Source: Rhodospirillales bacterium
GTDB lineage: Bacteria; Pseudomonadota; Alphaproteobacteria; Rhodospirillales; CAMCUA01
NCBI GenBank assembly: GCA_947470575.1
Contig: CANITX010000003.1
Coordinates: 1 to 52,570, forward strand
Direction: 5' to 3'
Length of the DNA stretch: 52,570 nt
This document shows positions 38,099 through 48,092 of the stretch, piece after piece. Position 1 is the stretch's first letter. Each line of letters opens with the position of its first letter. A program made the translations under genes and the position numbers. The notes below the pieces were generated by a model. The model worked only from the letters and a program-made list of their open reading frames with translations, was not told where the DNA came from and searched no databases.

Positions 38099-39637
38099 CT
38101 AGATCGCCAGTTCGATGACGAACGGCCCCTTGCGCTTGTTGGCCGCCGCGAACAGATCGGCGAAGCTTTCCATGGTCGTCGCCTTGGCCGCCTCGATGCC
38201 CATGCCGCCGGCGATCTGCACCCAATCGAGGTCGGGATTGCCGAGGTCCATCATGCCCATCGCCGTCGGCCCCGGATTGGCCCCGACGCTGGCCAGTTCG
38301 CCGATCAAAATGGCGTACTTGCGGTTGGCCAGGATGACGGTGGTGACGTCCAGCTTCTCGCGCGCCTGGGTCCACAACGCCTGCACCGTATACATGGCCG
38401 AGCCGTCGGCCTGTAGCGACACCACCCGGCGGCCGGGGGCGGCCACCGCCGCGCCGACCGCCATCGGCAGGCCGCTGCCGATGGCTCCGCCGGTGATCTG
38501 CAGCCAGTCGTGCGGCGCGGCGTTGCGCGTCATCGGGAAAAAGGCGCGGCCAAAGGAAACGCTTTCGTCGGTGACGATGGCGTTCTCGGGCAGCAGCGCG
38601 GCGATGGTCTGGGCCATGCCTTCCGGCGTCGGCCGGCCGCGCTGGGCCTCGGGCTGTTTGCCGCCGTCGCCGGCCGCCAGCGGCTTGACGCCGAGTTCGT
38701 CGGCCAGCCGCGCCAGGGCATCGGGCAGGTCGTTCTCCGGCCGTGCCAGCACATGCACCAGCGAATTCGGATCGCGCAGGTAGCCGGGCTTGTTGGGATA
38801 GGCGAAGAAGGCCACCGGCTGGGTCGAGCCGACCAGGATGATATGCTTGACGTCTTTCAACCGGCCGACCGCCTGATCGATGGGGTAGGGCATGCGGTCC
38901 ACCGGATGGCGGCCGCGCCCGCCCTCGATGCGCGTATTGTGCGACACCGCCAGCACCCTGGCTCCCGTCTTGGCGGCGATGCCATAGGCCAACTCCAGCG
39001 GCTTGGCGCGCAGCGCCGGCCCGGCCAGCAGCAGCAGGGCTTGTTCGCCCGAACGCAGGGCGCGCGCCGCGCCCTCCACCATGTCGGGCGACACTTGCGG
39101 GGTGGCCGGCACGGCCAGCGGCGTGCCGACGATGCCGCCCTCGTCCCAACAGACATCGGACGGCAGGATCAGGCTGGCGATGCCGCCCGGCGCGGTCCGC
39201 GCCGCCTGAACGGCCACGGCGGCGTCGTTGCCGACGGCGGCCGCTTTGTCCGACGTCCGCGTCCACACCGAGCAGGCGCGCGCCAGGGCTTCCGTGTCGG
39301 CGGTCAGCGCCGCGTCGAGCGGCCGGTGATAGGTCGCTTGGTCGCCGACGATGTTGACCATCGGCACCCGGGCGCGCCGGGCGTTGTGCAGATTGGCGAA
39401 GCCGTTGCCGAGGCCCGGTCCGCAGTGCAGCAGGGTGGCCGCCGGTCTTTCCGCCATGCGGGCATAGCCGTCGGCGGCGCCGGTCACCACGCCCTCGAAC
39501 ATGCCGAGCACGCAGCGCATGCCCGGCACATGGTCGAGTGCCGCGACGAAATGCATCTCGCTGGTGCCGGGGTTGGCGAAACAAGTGTCGACCCCGCAGG
39601 CCAGCAGGGTCCGTACTAAACTCTCGGCTCCGTTCAT
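38099..39637 (-). CDS. ThDP-dependent enzyme, acetolactate synthase large subunit-like
   Basis: FANPGTSEMH, EGVVTGAADGYAR and a ThDP motif variant ADGSAMY...N. Confidence 0.9.
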   Translation of the reverse strand: MNGAESLVRTLLACGVDTCFANPGTSEMHFVAALDHVPGMRCVLGMFEGVVTGAADGYARMAERPAATLLHCGPGLGNGFANLHNARRARVPMVNIVGDQATYHRPLDAALTADTEALARACSVWTRTSDKAAAVGNDAAVAVQAARTAPGGIASLILPSDVCWDEGGIVGTPLAVPATPQVSPDMVEGAARALRSGEQALLLLAGPALRAKPLELAYGIAAKTGARVLAVSHNTRIEGGRGRHPVDRMPYPIDQAVGRLKDVKHIILVGSTQPVAFFAYPNKPGYLRDPNSLVHVLARPENDLPDALARLADELGVKPLAAGDGGKQPEAQRGRPTPEGMAQTIAALLPENAIVTDESVSFGRAFFPMTRNAAPHDWLQITGGAIGSGLPMAVGAAVAAPGRRVVSLQADGSAMYTVQALWTQAREKLDVTTVILANRKYAILIGELASVGANPGPTAMGMMDLGNPDLDWVQIAGGMGIEAAKATTMESFADLFAAANKRKGPFVIELAI

Positions 39638-39796
39638 GGTTCCTCCCTGGCGGGCTCGTTGGCCGTTGGATGGGCGCCCGTGACGTTTCTACCCGGATCG
39701 GTGGCGATGTCAGTCTTTATTTTTTAACGGCCCCGTGATTTGACCCGCCACCCCCTACGGCCCTAGGCTAGGGCATGCGTATCGGGGAGGACGACC

Positions 39797-40639
39797 ATGC
39801 CTGACGAAGCGGCAGTCAAAGCAAGCAGCAATGTGAAAGTCGAAGACGTCGCCTACCAGCAGGTCGACGGCAAATCCATGCTGGCCCGTCTCTACCGTCC
39901 GGCCAAGCCGTTGGCGGCCTTGGTCGAAGTTCACGGCGGCGCTTGGGTTTCCAACGACCGGTTGCGCAACGCCCCCATCGTCGGGCCGTTGGCCGCCGAC
40001 GGCACGATGGTCATGTCCATCGATTTCCGCATGCCGCCCCAGGCCGGCTATCCGGCGTCCATCGCCGATATCAACCTGGCCATCCGTTGGCTGAAAAGCC
40101 GCGCCGCCGAATTCGGCTTTGCCGCCGATAAGGTCGGCCTGCTCGGCACCTCCAGCGGCGGTCATCAGGTGCTGCTCGCCGCCGTGAAGCCCGACGACCC
40201 ACGCTACGGTGCCCTGCCGTTACCCGGAGCCAAGACGGACGCGCGCGTCGCCTTTGCCATCGCCTGCTGGCCGATCGCCGATCCGCTGGATCGATACCGC
40301 ATGGCGCAGCGCGAAGGTAAAACCAACCTGGTCGCCAATCATAACGCCTATTGGGGCAGCGAGGCGGCGATGCAGGACGGCAGCCCGCAGCGCATCGTCG
40401 AAAGTGGCCAGCACTCGGCCCTACCGCCGATCATGATCGTGCACGGCACCGAGGACGGCAACGTCAAGCACACGGCTTCCGAACGCTACGCCGCCACCTA
40501 CCGCAAGGCCGGTAGCACCGCCGACGTGCACATCTATCAGGGCCAGCCGCACGCCTTCATCGGCGAGAATGTCGGGCATCCGGATTCCGTCGACGCCATC
40601 GGCAAGATCGCCGCTTTCATCCGCCGCCACGGTCGCTGA
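39797..40639 (+). CDS. Alpha/beta hydrolase (HSL-like esterase family)
   Basis: HGGAW oxyanion motif, GTSSGG, HGTED and PHAF. Confidence 0.9.
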   Translation: MPDEAAVKASSNVKVEDVAYQQVDGKSMLARLYRPAKPLAALVEVHGGAWVSNDRLRNAPIVGPLAADGTMVMSIDFRMPPQAGYPASIADINLAIRWLKSRAAEFGFAADKVGLLGTSSGGHQVLLAAVKPDDPRYGALPLPGAKTDARVAFAIACWPIADPLDRYRMAQREGKTNLVANHNAYWGSEAAMQDGSPQRIVESGQHSALPPIMIVHGTEDGNVKHTASERYAATYRKAGSTADVHIYQGQPHAFIGENVGHPDSVDAIGKIAAFIRRHGR

Positions 40640-40689
40640 TCGCGCCCGGGCCGCACGGCGTTCGGATAACGGCTGAAGGAGCTGAACCT

Positions 40690-41955
40690 ATGCGCCCCGC
40701 GCCGTCGCCTGCCGTCTCGCCGCTCGACGAGGTCTATCGACAGGTGCGCGCCGCCAGCCTCGAACTGGCGTCAGGCCTTAGCGACGCCGACGCCACCGTG
40801 CAGTCGATGGACGATGCCAGCCCGGCGAAATGGCATCTGGCGCATACCACCTGGTTTTTCGAAACTTTCGTTCTTTCGCCGGACGCGCCCGGCTACCGGC
40901 TCTTCGATGAACGCTTCGGATTCCTATTCAACTCCTATTACGAAGCGGTCGGCGAACGTCACCCGCGACCGCGCCGCGGCCTGCTGACACGCCCGACGCT
41001 GGAACAGGTGCGGGCCTACCGCGACCATGTGGATACGGCGATGGCGGCCTACCTGCCGATGGCCGGCGACGCCCAACGCCAATTGATCGAACTCGGCCTG
41101 CATCACGAACAACAGCATCAGGAACTGTTGCTCACCGACATCCTGCACCTGTTCGCGCAAAACCCGTTGCGCCCCGCCTTCCGTCCGCCGGAGCCGCGGG
41201 CGGTCGATGCAGGTGGCGTCACGGTCGGCGGCTGGGCCAGCTTCGCCGGCGGGTTGATCGCCATCGGCCACGACGGCGACGGCTTCGCCTTCGACTGCGA
41301 AGGGCCGCGCCATCGGGTGTTCCAGCAGCCATACCGGTTGGGGGCGTGCCCCGTCACCAACGCCGATTGGCTGGCCTTCATGGACGACGGCGGCTACGCC
41401 ACGCCGACGCTCTGGCTGTCCGACGGTTGGGAGGCGGTACGCCGCAACGGCTGGTCGGGGCCGCTCTATTGGGAACGACGCGGCGATACGTGGTGGAGCA
41501 TGACGCTGCGCGGCCTGCAGCCCGTCGATCCTGCCCAGCCGGTCTGTCATATTTCCTATTTCGAAGCCGATGCCTTCGCCCGTTGGGTCGGCAGTCGGCT
41601 GCCGACCGAAGCCGAATGGGAGCATGCCGCTGCGCCCCGCCCCGTCGCCGGCAACTTCGCCGGCAGCGGCCGATTATGTCCCGCACCGGTTAGGCCCGGT
41701 GACGCCGATGCGCCTGCCGGCCTGTTCGGCGATGTCTGGGAATGGACGCAAAGTCCTTACGTCGGCTATCCCGGCTTCGTCCCGTCTCCCGGCGCCGTTG
41801 GCGAATACAACGGCAAGTTCATGAACGGACAGTACGTGCTGCGCGGCGGCTCGTGCGTGACGCCCGATGGTCATATCAGGGCCAGCTACCGCAATTTCTT
41901 CCAACCCGATAAACGCTGGCAGTTCTCCGGCCTGCGATTGGCAAAGGACGCCTGA
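40690..41955 (+). CDS. egtB: Ergothioneine biosynthesis sulfoxide synthase
   Basis: [37 protein letters not shown] and YRNFF motifs. Confidence 0.95.
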   Translation: MRPAPSPAVSPLDEVYRQVRAASLELASGLSDADATVQSMDDASPAKWHLAHTTWFFETFVLSPDAPGYRLFDERFGFLFNSYYEAVGERHPRPRRGLLTRPTLEQVRAYRDHVDTAMAAYLPMAGDAQRQLIELGLHHEQQHQELLLTDILHLFAQNPLRPAFRPPEPRAVDAGGVTVGGWASFAGGLIAIGHDGDGFAFDCEGPRHRVFQQPYRLGACPVTNADWLAFMDDGGYATPTLWLSDGWEAVRRNGWSGPLYWERRGDTWWSMTLRGLQPVDPAQPVCHISYFEADAFARWVGSRLPTEAEWEHAAAPRPVAGNFAGSGRLCPAPVRPGDADAPAGLFGDVWEWTQSPYVGYPGFVPSPGAVGEYNGKFMNGQYVLRGGSCVTPDGHIRASYRNFFQPDKRWQFSGLRLAKDA

Positions 41956-42938
41956 TGCCCGCTGCCTTCGACGTGCCTTACGATTCGGCCGCCATGGCTG
42001 ACAGCGTACCGACCCCCGGCGTCTCGGAATTCGAACGTTCCGTGAAAGCCGGCCTTTCCGCCCGGATCAAGACGCTCGACAGCAAGTATTTCTACGACAG
42101 CGCCGGTTCGGCCCTGTTCGATCGCATCTGCGAGCTTGCGGAATACTACCCGACGCGCACCGAAACCACGATCCTGCGCCGTTGCGCTCCGGCCATCGCC
42201 CTGGCAGCGGGCCGCGGCGCCGAACTGGTCGAACTCGGCAGCGGCTCCAGCGTTAAGACCCGTATCCTGCTCTCCGCTCTCGACCGTCCCGCCGCCTATG
42301 TGCCGGTCGATATCAGCAGCGATCACATGCTGGGCGCTTTGCATTCCTTGCGCGCGCATTTCCCGGGGCTCGACATCCGTCCCGTCTCGGCCGATTTCAC
42401 CGAGCCGTTTGTCTTGCCGGTCCGGCGTGGCGAGGGTGTCCGCTTGCTGTTTTTCCCGGGCTCGACCATCGGCAATCTGCATCCCGCCGATGCGGAAAGC
42501 TTTCTGCGGCGCCTGCGCCGGGATTTTTCGCCCCAGGCCATGGTGATCGGCGTCGATTTGAAGAAGGACGAAGGGCTGCTACACGCCGCCTACGACGATG
42601 CCCTTGGCGTTACCGCCGCCTTTAACCTGAATATTTTGGAGCGTATCGGCCGCGAGCTGGATGCCGAAGTGCGGCCAGCATGCTTCCGCCATGAAGCCCG
42701 CTATGTCAGGGCGCTCGGGCGCATCGAAATGCACCTGGTCTGCACCGAAGACCACATGGCCCGCGTCGGCGACATGCCCATCCGATTCCACCGGGGCGAA
42801 TCCATCCATACCGAGAATTCTTACAAATATACGCTGACCGAATTCACCACGCTCGCCGAACGCGCCGGATGGCATTCCAGCGCGGCTTGGACGGACGAGG
42901 ACGGATTGTTCTCGATCCACCTGCTGGCTGCAGGTTGA
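41955..42938 (+). CDS. egtD: L-histidine N-alpha-methyltransferase
   Basis: KYFYD, EYYPTRTE, ELGSGSSVKT, FPGSTIGN, AYDD..GVTAAFN and IHTENSYKY motifs. Confidence 0.96.
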   Translation: MPAAFDVPYDSAAMADSVPTPGVSEFERSVKAGLSARIKTLDSKYFYDSAGSALFDRICELAEYYPTRTETTILRRCAPAIALAAGRGAELVELGSGSSVKTRILLSALDRPAAYVPVDISSDHMLGALHSLRAHFPGLDIRPVSADFTEPFVLPVRRGEGVRLLFFPGSTIGNLHPADAESFLRRLRRDFSPQAMVIGVDLKKDEGLLHAAYDDALGVTAAFNLNILERIGRELDAEVRPACFRHEARYVRALGRIEMHLVCTEDHMARVGDMPIRFHRGESIHTENSYKYTLTEFTTLAERAGWHSSAAWTDEDGLFSIHLLAAG

Positions 42939-43041
42939 TGGGATAATTCGTCCGCTGCCGGCCATTCAACAGGTGCAACTCGAACAAAAACCTTTGTAGA
43001 GTTGCGGCATCGGCGATTCGCATTGGTTTTAAAAGCACACG

Positions 43042-45432
43042 ATGTTTCCGAATCCAAGCTACCCGCCGCTTCCCGAACATATCGGCCAGCATGCACGAAA
43101 CCGCCCGCTTCAGCCTGCTGTCGTTTGCGGTGAGCGCACGATCGCCTACGGGGAACTCGATGTATTGATGCGTCGCGGGGCGGCTGGCTTGCGGGCGGCA
43201 GGAGCGAAGTCCGGCGACCGGATCATGGTGGCGGCCGCCGATAAGGTCGATCTGTTGCTGGGCGTTCTTTCGGCCATGGCGGCGGGCATGCCGGTCATGC
43301 CGGTATCCGGGCGCGAGGAAGATGTCGGCCGGGTGGCGGCGGCATTTCGGCCCCGGCTGGTTGTCGTCGGATCGTCTACTGCGGGCGGCGCTCCCGACTT
43401 GGGGGATACGCCGCACCGTTTCCTCGCCGACCTATTGGCCGCCGAGCCAGGCGAATTGGCTCATGTGTCCCACGCCGACATCGGTCTGCTGATCCTGACC
43501 TCGGGAACGACCGGCGGCGAACGGCGCGGCACATTGCTGTCGCATCGGGCGCTATCGGGAACGGCCCAGTACATCAACGAACGCATGGGTGTCGACGACA
43601 CCGTGCGCGACCTCGTGACCTCGCCGTTGGAACACGGCTTCGGCATGGGGCGGACACGCTGCGCACTGCATCTCGGCGGCACCATCGTGCTGCAGTCCGG
43701 CCTGTTCACGCCGGCTTCGGCGGCCGAGACCCTGCGCGTCAAGGACTGCAACATGCTGTCGATGTCGGTCCCGGTGTTGAGCCTGCTGCTCGATACCGAG
43801 GCCCAGGCGTTGGGTGCGCTCGCCGGGCGCATCCGGTGGATCGAAATCGGCAGCAGCCATCTCAAGCCGGATCGTCGGCGGAAACTTTTGACCTTGCTGC
43901 CGCGGACCCGCTGCTTCGTCAGCTACGGCCTGACCGAGGCTATTCGTTCGACCTTCATCGAGCTCAATGCCGAACCGGCAAAGATCGATACGGTCGGCCT
44001 GCCGACGCCTTGGGTGCGGGTACGCGTCGTCGACGAAAATGACGTCGATGTGGCACCAGGCACGATCGGGCGTATCCAGGTCGACGGGGTCAACAAGGCA
44101 TCGGGCTATTACGGCTACGACGCAGCCTGGCAACGCAAGCTGCACGGCGACTGGCTGGACACCGGCGACCTCGGCACCATGGATGCCGATGGCTATCTCA
44201 GCTTTATCGGGCGCGTCGACGATACCATCAACGTTGGCGGTCTGAAGGTGGCGCCGGAAGAGGTGGAGGAGGCCTTGGTTCCGCTGTTGGCGGATACGCC
44301 CTTCGCCGTCGCGGCGGTATCCGACCCGGCGGGAATCGAAGGCTTCGTGCCCGCCCTCTTCGTCGAAGCCGATGTGGCCGAAGCGATTGGCCTCGATCGG
44401 GTGCGCGACCACCTGCGCAACCGGTTACCGGCCTTCAAGATTCCCCGTGTTGTCTACGCCGTACCCGTCTTTCCCCGTACCGCCGTCACCGGCAAGGTCC
44501 GCCGTGCCGCGCTCAGCGAGATCGCGGCTGCCAAAGAGGCGGCGCGCATCTTGTGGCCTCGTCGCCTGATGGCTGCGTTGGCCGAAGCCGGAGAACCGGC
44601 CTGGCCTACCTTCGAGGGGCGCTCCGTGCTATCGCGACGCCGGCTGTCGGAGCTGCTGGTGGGCGACGATGGCGTAGCGCTGCCAAGCGATCCCGTTCTT
44701 GTCCGTGCCGTGACCGCGCTATGCGCGGCAGCGCTCTCCGACGATCTCGATGTGGGCCGCGCCGCCGGCGATGCCCGGTCTTGGCTTCCCGCCGGGCGCG
44801 GTTCCGTGTTGGCCATCGGCAGTGTCGATCTCGATGACACGGCGGTCCTCGGGGCCCTGCTGCATGTACTGGTCGCTGGGGGCCGGTGTCTCTTGCTGGC
44901 ATCGCGCGCCGCACCCCTCATCGCCGAGGATCTCGGCTGGATCGCCCGTGGCCGAGCGCGCCATGTTTTGCTCGATGCCGGCCGCTTTGCCCGGCTGGCG
45001 GCGGCGGAGGCGCATCTAAGGGACGCTTTCGCCTATCCGGAATTCGAACAGGTGGTCATCGTCGGGTCTCAGCCCGATCCGGCGGCGATTGCCCGCTTTC
45101 ACGATGCTTTTGGCTTCATGCCCCGCCATCTGACTCGCCGCGATGGGGTCTGGTCGACGCGCGTGCTCGAACCGGCACCGCCGACTGCCGATGCGCAAGC
45201 CATTTGGTTGCGTCTGCGCGAAATCGCCGCGACGGTATTCCGATGCGCCGTCGACGATCTGGGGCCCGACGCATCGGCGGAAAATACCAAGGGGTGGGAT
45301 TCGCTCGGCTTCATCAATCTGATCCTGGAGATCGAAACCGCCTTCCAGCGGCAATTGACGCCCACTGCCATCATGACCATCGGCAGATTGGGCGATGTTG
45401 TGAAGTTGTTGGAGACCGAGACGCCGCGATAG
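43042..45432 (+). CDS. Adenylate-forming enzyme fused to a degenerate second adenylation-like segment and a C-terminal acyl carrier domain
   Basis: TSGTTG, SYGLTEA, TGDLG, GRVDDTINVGG and TGKVRR; C-terminal GWDSLGFINLILEIETAF phosphopantetheine site. Confidence 0.88.
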   Translation: MFPNPSYPPLPEHIGQHARNRPLQPAVVCGERTIAYGELDVLMRRGAAGLRAAGAKSGDRIMVAAADKVDLLLGVLSAMAAGMPVMPVSGREEDVGRVAAAFRPRLVVVGSSTAGGAPDLGDTPHRFLADLLAAEPGELAHVSHADIGLLILTSGTTGGERRGTLLSHRALSGTAQYINERMGVDDTVRDLVTSPLEHGFGMGRTRCALHLGGTIVLQSGLFTPASAAETLRVKDCNMLSMSVPVLSLLLDTEAQALGALAGRIRWIEIGSSHLKPDRRRKLLTLLPRTRCFVSYGLTEAIRSTFIELNAEPAKIDTVGLPTPWVRVRVVDENDVDVAPGTIGRIQVDGVNKASGYYGYDAAWQRKLHGDWLDTGDLGTMDADGYLSFIGRVDDTINVGGLKVAPEEVEEALVPLLADTPFAVAAVSDPAGIEGFVPALFVEADVAEAIGLDRVRDHLRNRLPAFKIPRVVYAVPVFPRTAVTGKVRRAALSEIAAAKEAARILWPRRLMAALAEAGEPAWPTFEGRSVLSRRRLSELLVGDDGVALPSDPVLVRAVTALCAAALSDDLDVGRAAGDARSWLPAGRGSVLAIGSVDLDDTAVLGALLHVLVAGGRCLLLASRAAPLIAEDLGWIARGRARHVLLDAGRFARLAAAEAHLRDAFAYPEFEQVVIVGSQPDPAAIARFHDAFGFMPRHLTRRDGVWSTRVLEPAPPTADAQAIWLRLREIAATVFRCAVDDLGPDASAENTKGWDSLGFINLILEIETAFQRQLTPTAIMTIGRLGDVVKLLETETPR

Positions 45433-45473
45433 TCCCTGCAGGGGCCATGGCAAAGGGGTAGTGAAGGCCGGAT

Positions 45474-46628
45474 ATGTCCTACGTATCGCTCGCATGGCTC
45501 ACTGTGATGGTAGCAACGTTCAGCCTGTACTGGCTGACGCCGGAGCCTTGGCGGCGGGGGACCCTGGTGGCCGTCACCGCCGTCTTTCTTGCTTACATGG
45601 CGCCTGTTTCGGCCGTCATTCTCGTGGGCTTCACGGCTGTTACCTGTCTGATCGCCCGCCAGCCGCACCCGGCTGGATGGGTGGTGGCGACCGTCACCGT
45701 TGGCTTCATCGCCATTCTGAGTGTCTTCAAATTCGGGGCACGTGGCGCATCCTACGAGACGATCCTCAGAGAAGGCCTGATTCCCATGGGCCTGTCTTAC
45801 TATACCTTCCGTTGCCTGCACTTGATCTACGAACGCCATCGCGGCAACTTCGCCGAAACGCGCTCGGCCGAGATCGTCGCGTATCTGTTTTTCTTGCCGA
45901 CCCTGGTCGTCGGCCCGATCCATCGCTTTGGCGCTTTTCAACGCGACTTTTACCGCGTGCGGCTCGATCTGACGCTGCTCGGCGAGGGGTTGGAACGCAT
46001 CCTCTACGGCTACGTCAAAATCGCCTTCATCGGCAACTACCTGATCGGCGGCCGGCTCGGCGATTGGATGCACGGCATCCAGTCGGAGCATCCTTCGCTC
46101 TACGCCTACCTCTGGATCGTGCAGGGCGGCTGCAATCTCTATTTCCAATTCTCCGGTTTCGCCGACGTTGCCATCGGCTTTGCACGGCTGCTGGGCTTTC
46201 GGGTGATCGAAAACTTCAATTGGCCGTACTTCAGCAAAAACCTGTCGGAATTCTGGCAGCGCTGGCACATCTCGCTGACCAGTTGGTGCCGCGATTACGT
46301 CTACGGTGCCGTCGTCTCGGTGACGCGTAGTCCGGCGCTTGGCGCCATCGCGACCTTGCTGGTCATTGGCCTGTGGCACGAACTGTCGCTGCGCTTCATC
46401 TGCTGGGGCCTGTTCCACGGTTTCGGTCTGATCGTCTGGCAGCGCTTCCAGATCGTGAAGCGCCGCCTGCCTGCTGTCGTCTGGCCGCCGGCGCAGGCGG
46501 CGCTCGCCGTGCTATCGACGCTGTTGACGGTGCATTACACTTGGTTTGCCTTCGCCATCGTGCGCAAGCCCGATCTTGCCGGCGTGTTGAGTGTCTGGGG
46601 TGCCGCCACGATAGGATTCTTCCAGTGA
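45474..46628 (+). CDS. MBOAT family O-acyltransferase (DltB/AlgI-like)
   Basis: PMGLSYYTF, GPIHR, YFQFSGFAD, ENFNWPY, EFWQRWHISL and GLWH (catalytic His). Confidence 0.93.
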   Translation: MSYVSLAWLTVMVATFSLYWLTPEPWRRGTLVAVTAVFLAYMAPVSAVILVGFTAVTCLIARQPHPAGWVVATVTVGFIAILSVFKFGARGASYETILREGLIPMGLSYYTFRCLHLIYERHRGNFAETRSAEIVAYLFFLPTLVVGPIHRFGAFQRDFYRVRLDLTLLGEGLERILYGYVKIAFIGNYLIGGRLGDWMHGIQSEHPSLYAYLWIVQGGCNLYFQFSGFADVAIGFARLLGFRVIENFNWPYFSKNLSEFWQRWHISLTSWCRDYVYGAVVSVTRSPALGAIATLLVIGLWHELSLRFICWGLFHGFGLIVWQRFQIVKRRLPAVVWPPAQAALAVLSTLLTVHYTWFAFAIVRKPDLAGVLSVWGAATIGFFQ

Positions 46629-46636
46629 GGGATGCC

Positions 46637-46774
46637 ATGTACCGCCTGTTGCACCGCCATCTGCCGCAACCGTATGCCGTCGCCGTGTCCGCGTTGTGGT
46701 ACGTGGGTCTATTGGCGCTGGCGGCCTATGGCGCCTTCGAACCGCAGGCGGAATTCCAGTATCTGGTGATGTAG
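46637..46774 (+). CDS. 45-aa single-TM DltX-like acyl-shuttle peptide
   Basis: ATG 8 nt after the MBOAT stop with GAGG upstream; MYRLLHRHLPQPYAVAVSALWYVGLLALAAYGAFEPQAEFQYLVM has one TM helix and ends in FQYLVM. Confidence 0.72.
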   Translation: MYRLLHRHLPQPYAVAVSALWYVGLLALAAYGAFEPQAEFQYLVM

Positions 46775-46781
46775 CGGCGCC

Positions 46782-47996
46782 TCAGCGGGCGGCGTTGCAA
46801 CCCTTGCCGCGTTCGGCGATCAGCCGCGCGACGGCGGTATTGGCCGCCAGGCCGTCGCCGACGATGGCGCCCAAGATCGCGCTGCCGGCAGCGGTCGTGT
46901 GGACCGTATCGGCATAGTAGTTCGGTCTGGCTGGCATCCGTTCGACGGTGGCGATGAACGGTGCGGCGTGCGCCGCCGCGGCTTCGCGCAGCCGGGCGTT
47001 ATAGGAATAGAAAGCCTCGGTGACGTCGCCGGTGTAGGCTTGGGGAACGTAGACGGCCCGGGTCGCCGTGCCGGCCAGATTCGTTGCGCCGGCAAGGGCC
47101 AGTTGCTCGTCGGCCGATTGCTCTCGGCGCAGCCATGGCGCCTTCTCGACCACGACGGGCAGCACCCCCTGCTCCTTGGTTGTTGCCAACAGGTGGCCGG
47201 CTTCGGAACCGACGTCGGCCAGCATGACCGGCAGATCGATCCGTTTGGCAAGGTCGCGGCGGCCGGCGATGCGCAGCAGCTGCTCGGCTTCCATGTTTTT
47301 CTCCACCGTCCGCCACAGGTGGGAATGCTTGGCCAACCAGCTCGGCCGGTATTCGCCGTCGCCCAGGTTCAGGTGCCGGCGCGCCATGGAAAAAATGTCG
47401 TTGAGCATGACGACGGCGATGTCGGGGGCATATGGCTGCGTATCCTCGACGAAGCGGCTTTCCACGGCGCGGGTGATGTCGCCGAGCACGCCGGCATTGA
47501 CGAAGTCGAAGCGGCAGCGGGGATAGGCCGCGCCGAGTCGCGCCATGGCAACGGCCGGCCAGGTTTCGTTGTCGTGTGTCACAAAGAGGTCAAACGTTCC
47601 TGAAGCGCCCAGAAAGGCGATGCGGACGGTACCCTCGGGCTTGGGTATGGCCACGGCCTTGCCGCGAAAGCCTTGGTCGCTGAATTGAATGCGGCCGAGA
47701 ACCGCGTTGGGTCGCGGCCGACGGCGCTCGCCGACGGACTCCCAGACGTTTCGGTTGACGACGGACTCGACCGCCGGTCCCTGGCTGCCGAAGCGATAGT
47801 ATTGTTCGGCGCGCAGCGCGATCTCACCGGCCGCGAAGACCATGCATAGCGCCGCCGGCGCCGCCAATCCGATGAACACGTCCCGCTGCCACGGTGGCAG
47901 AGCCGCCAACCGCCGCCACAGTCTGGCGAAGACCGACGGACGGGCCGCTGCTGCCGACGTTGCGGTTGACGTCGCGGGGTTCTCGAAGGTGAACAT
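46782..47996 (-). CDS. Membrane-anchored SGNH/GDSL family protein
   Basis: N-terminal TM helix; blocks FLGASGT, NAGVLG, MLND and DTVH. Confidence 0.85.
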   Translation of the reverse strand: MFTFENPATSTATSAAAARPSVFARLWRRLAALPPWQRDVFIGLAAPAALCMVFAAGEIALRAEQYYRFGSQGPAVESVVNRNVWESVGERRRPRPNAVLGRIQFSDQGFRGKAVAIPKPEGTVRIAFLGASGTFDLFVTHDNETWPAVAMARLGAAYPRCRFDFVNAGVLGDITRAVESRFVEDTQPYAPDIAVVMLNDIFSMARRHLNLGDGEYRPSWLAKHSHLWRTVEKNMEAEQLLRIAGRRDLAKRIDLPVMLADVGSEAGHLLATTKEQGVLPVVVEKAPWLRREQSADEQLALAGATNLAGTATRAVYVPQAYTGDVTEAFYSYNARLREAAAAHAAPFIATVERMPARPNYYADTVHTTAAGSAILGAIVGDGLAANTAVARLIAERGKGCNAAR

Positions 47997-48046
47997 GCCG
48001 ATACCCTATAGGGAGCCGGTGTCCACCATCTGTGACGGGCGTCACA
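47996..48046 (-). promoter_or_regulatory. CRP-type box and -10 element for a probably leaderless SGNH transcript
   Basis: TGTGA-CGGGCG-TCACA at 48031-48046; TAGGGT at -12..-7 from the ATG; no SD sequence. Confidence 0.55.
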
Positions 48047-48092
48047 ACGTCGGCGGCGCTTCGCTGCCGACGCCCCCGCGCCCTAAGGCCGC

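Noticed and set aside
40690-41955. Selenoneine (senA) or ovothiol (ovoA) pathway
   Set aside because: There is no adjacent senB or selenophosphate synthetase gene and no fused methyltransferase domain; the gene is coupled to egtD.
43042-45432. NRPS/PKS secondary metabolite cluster
   Set aside because: No condensation, ketosynthase or thioesterase domain is present, and the MBOAT/SGNH context points to envelope acylation.
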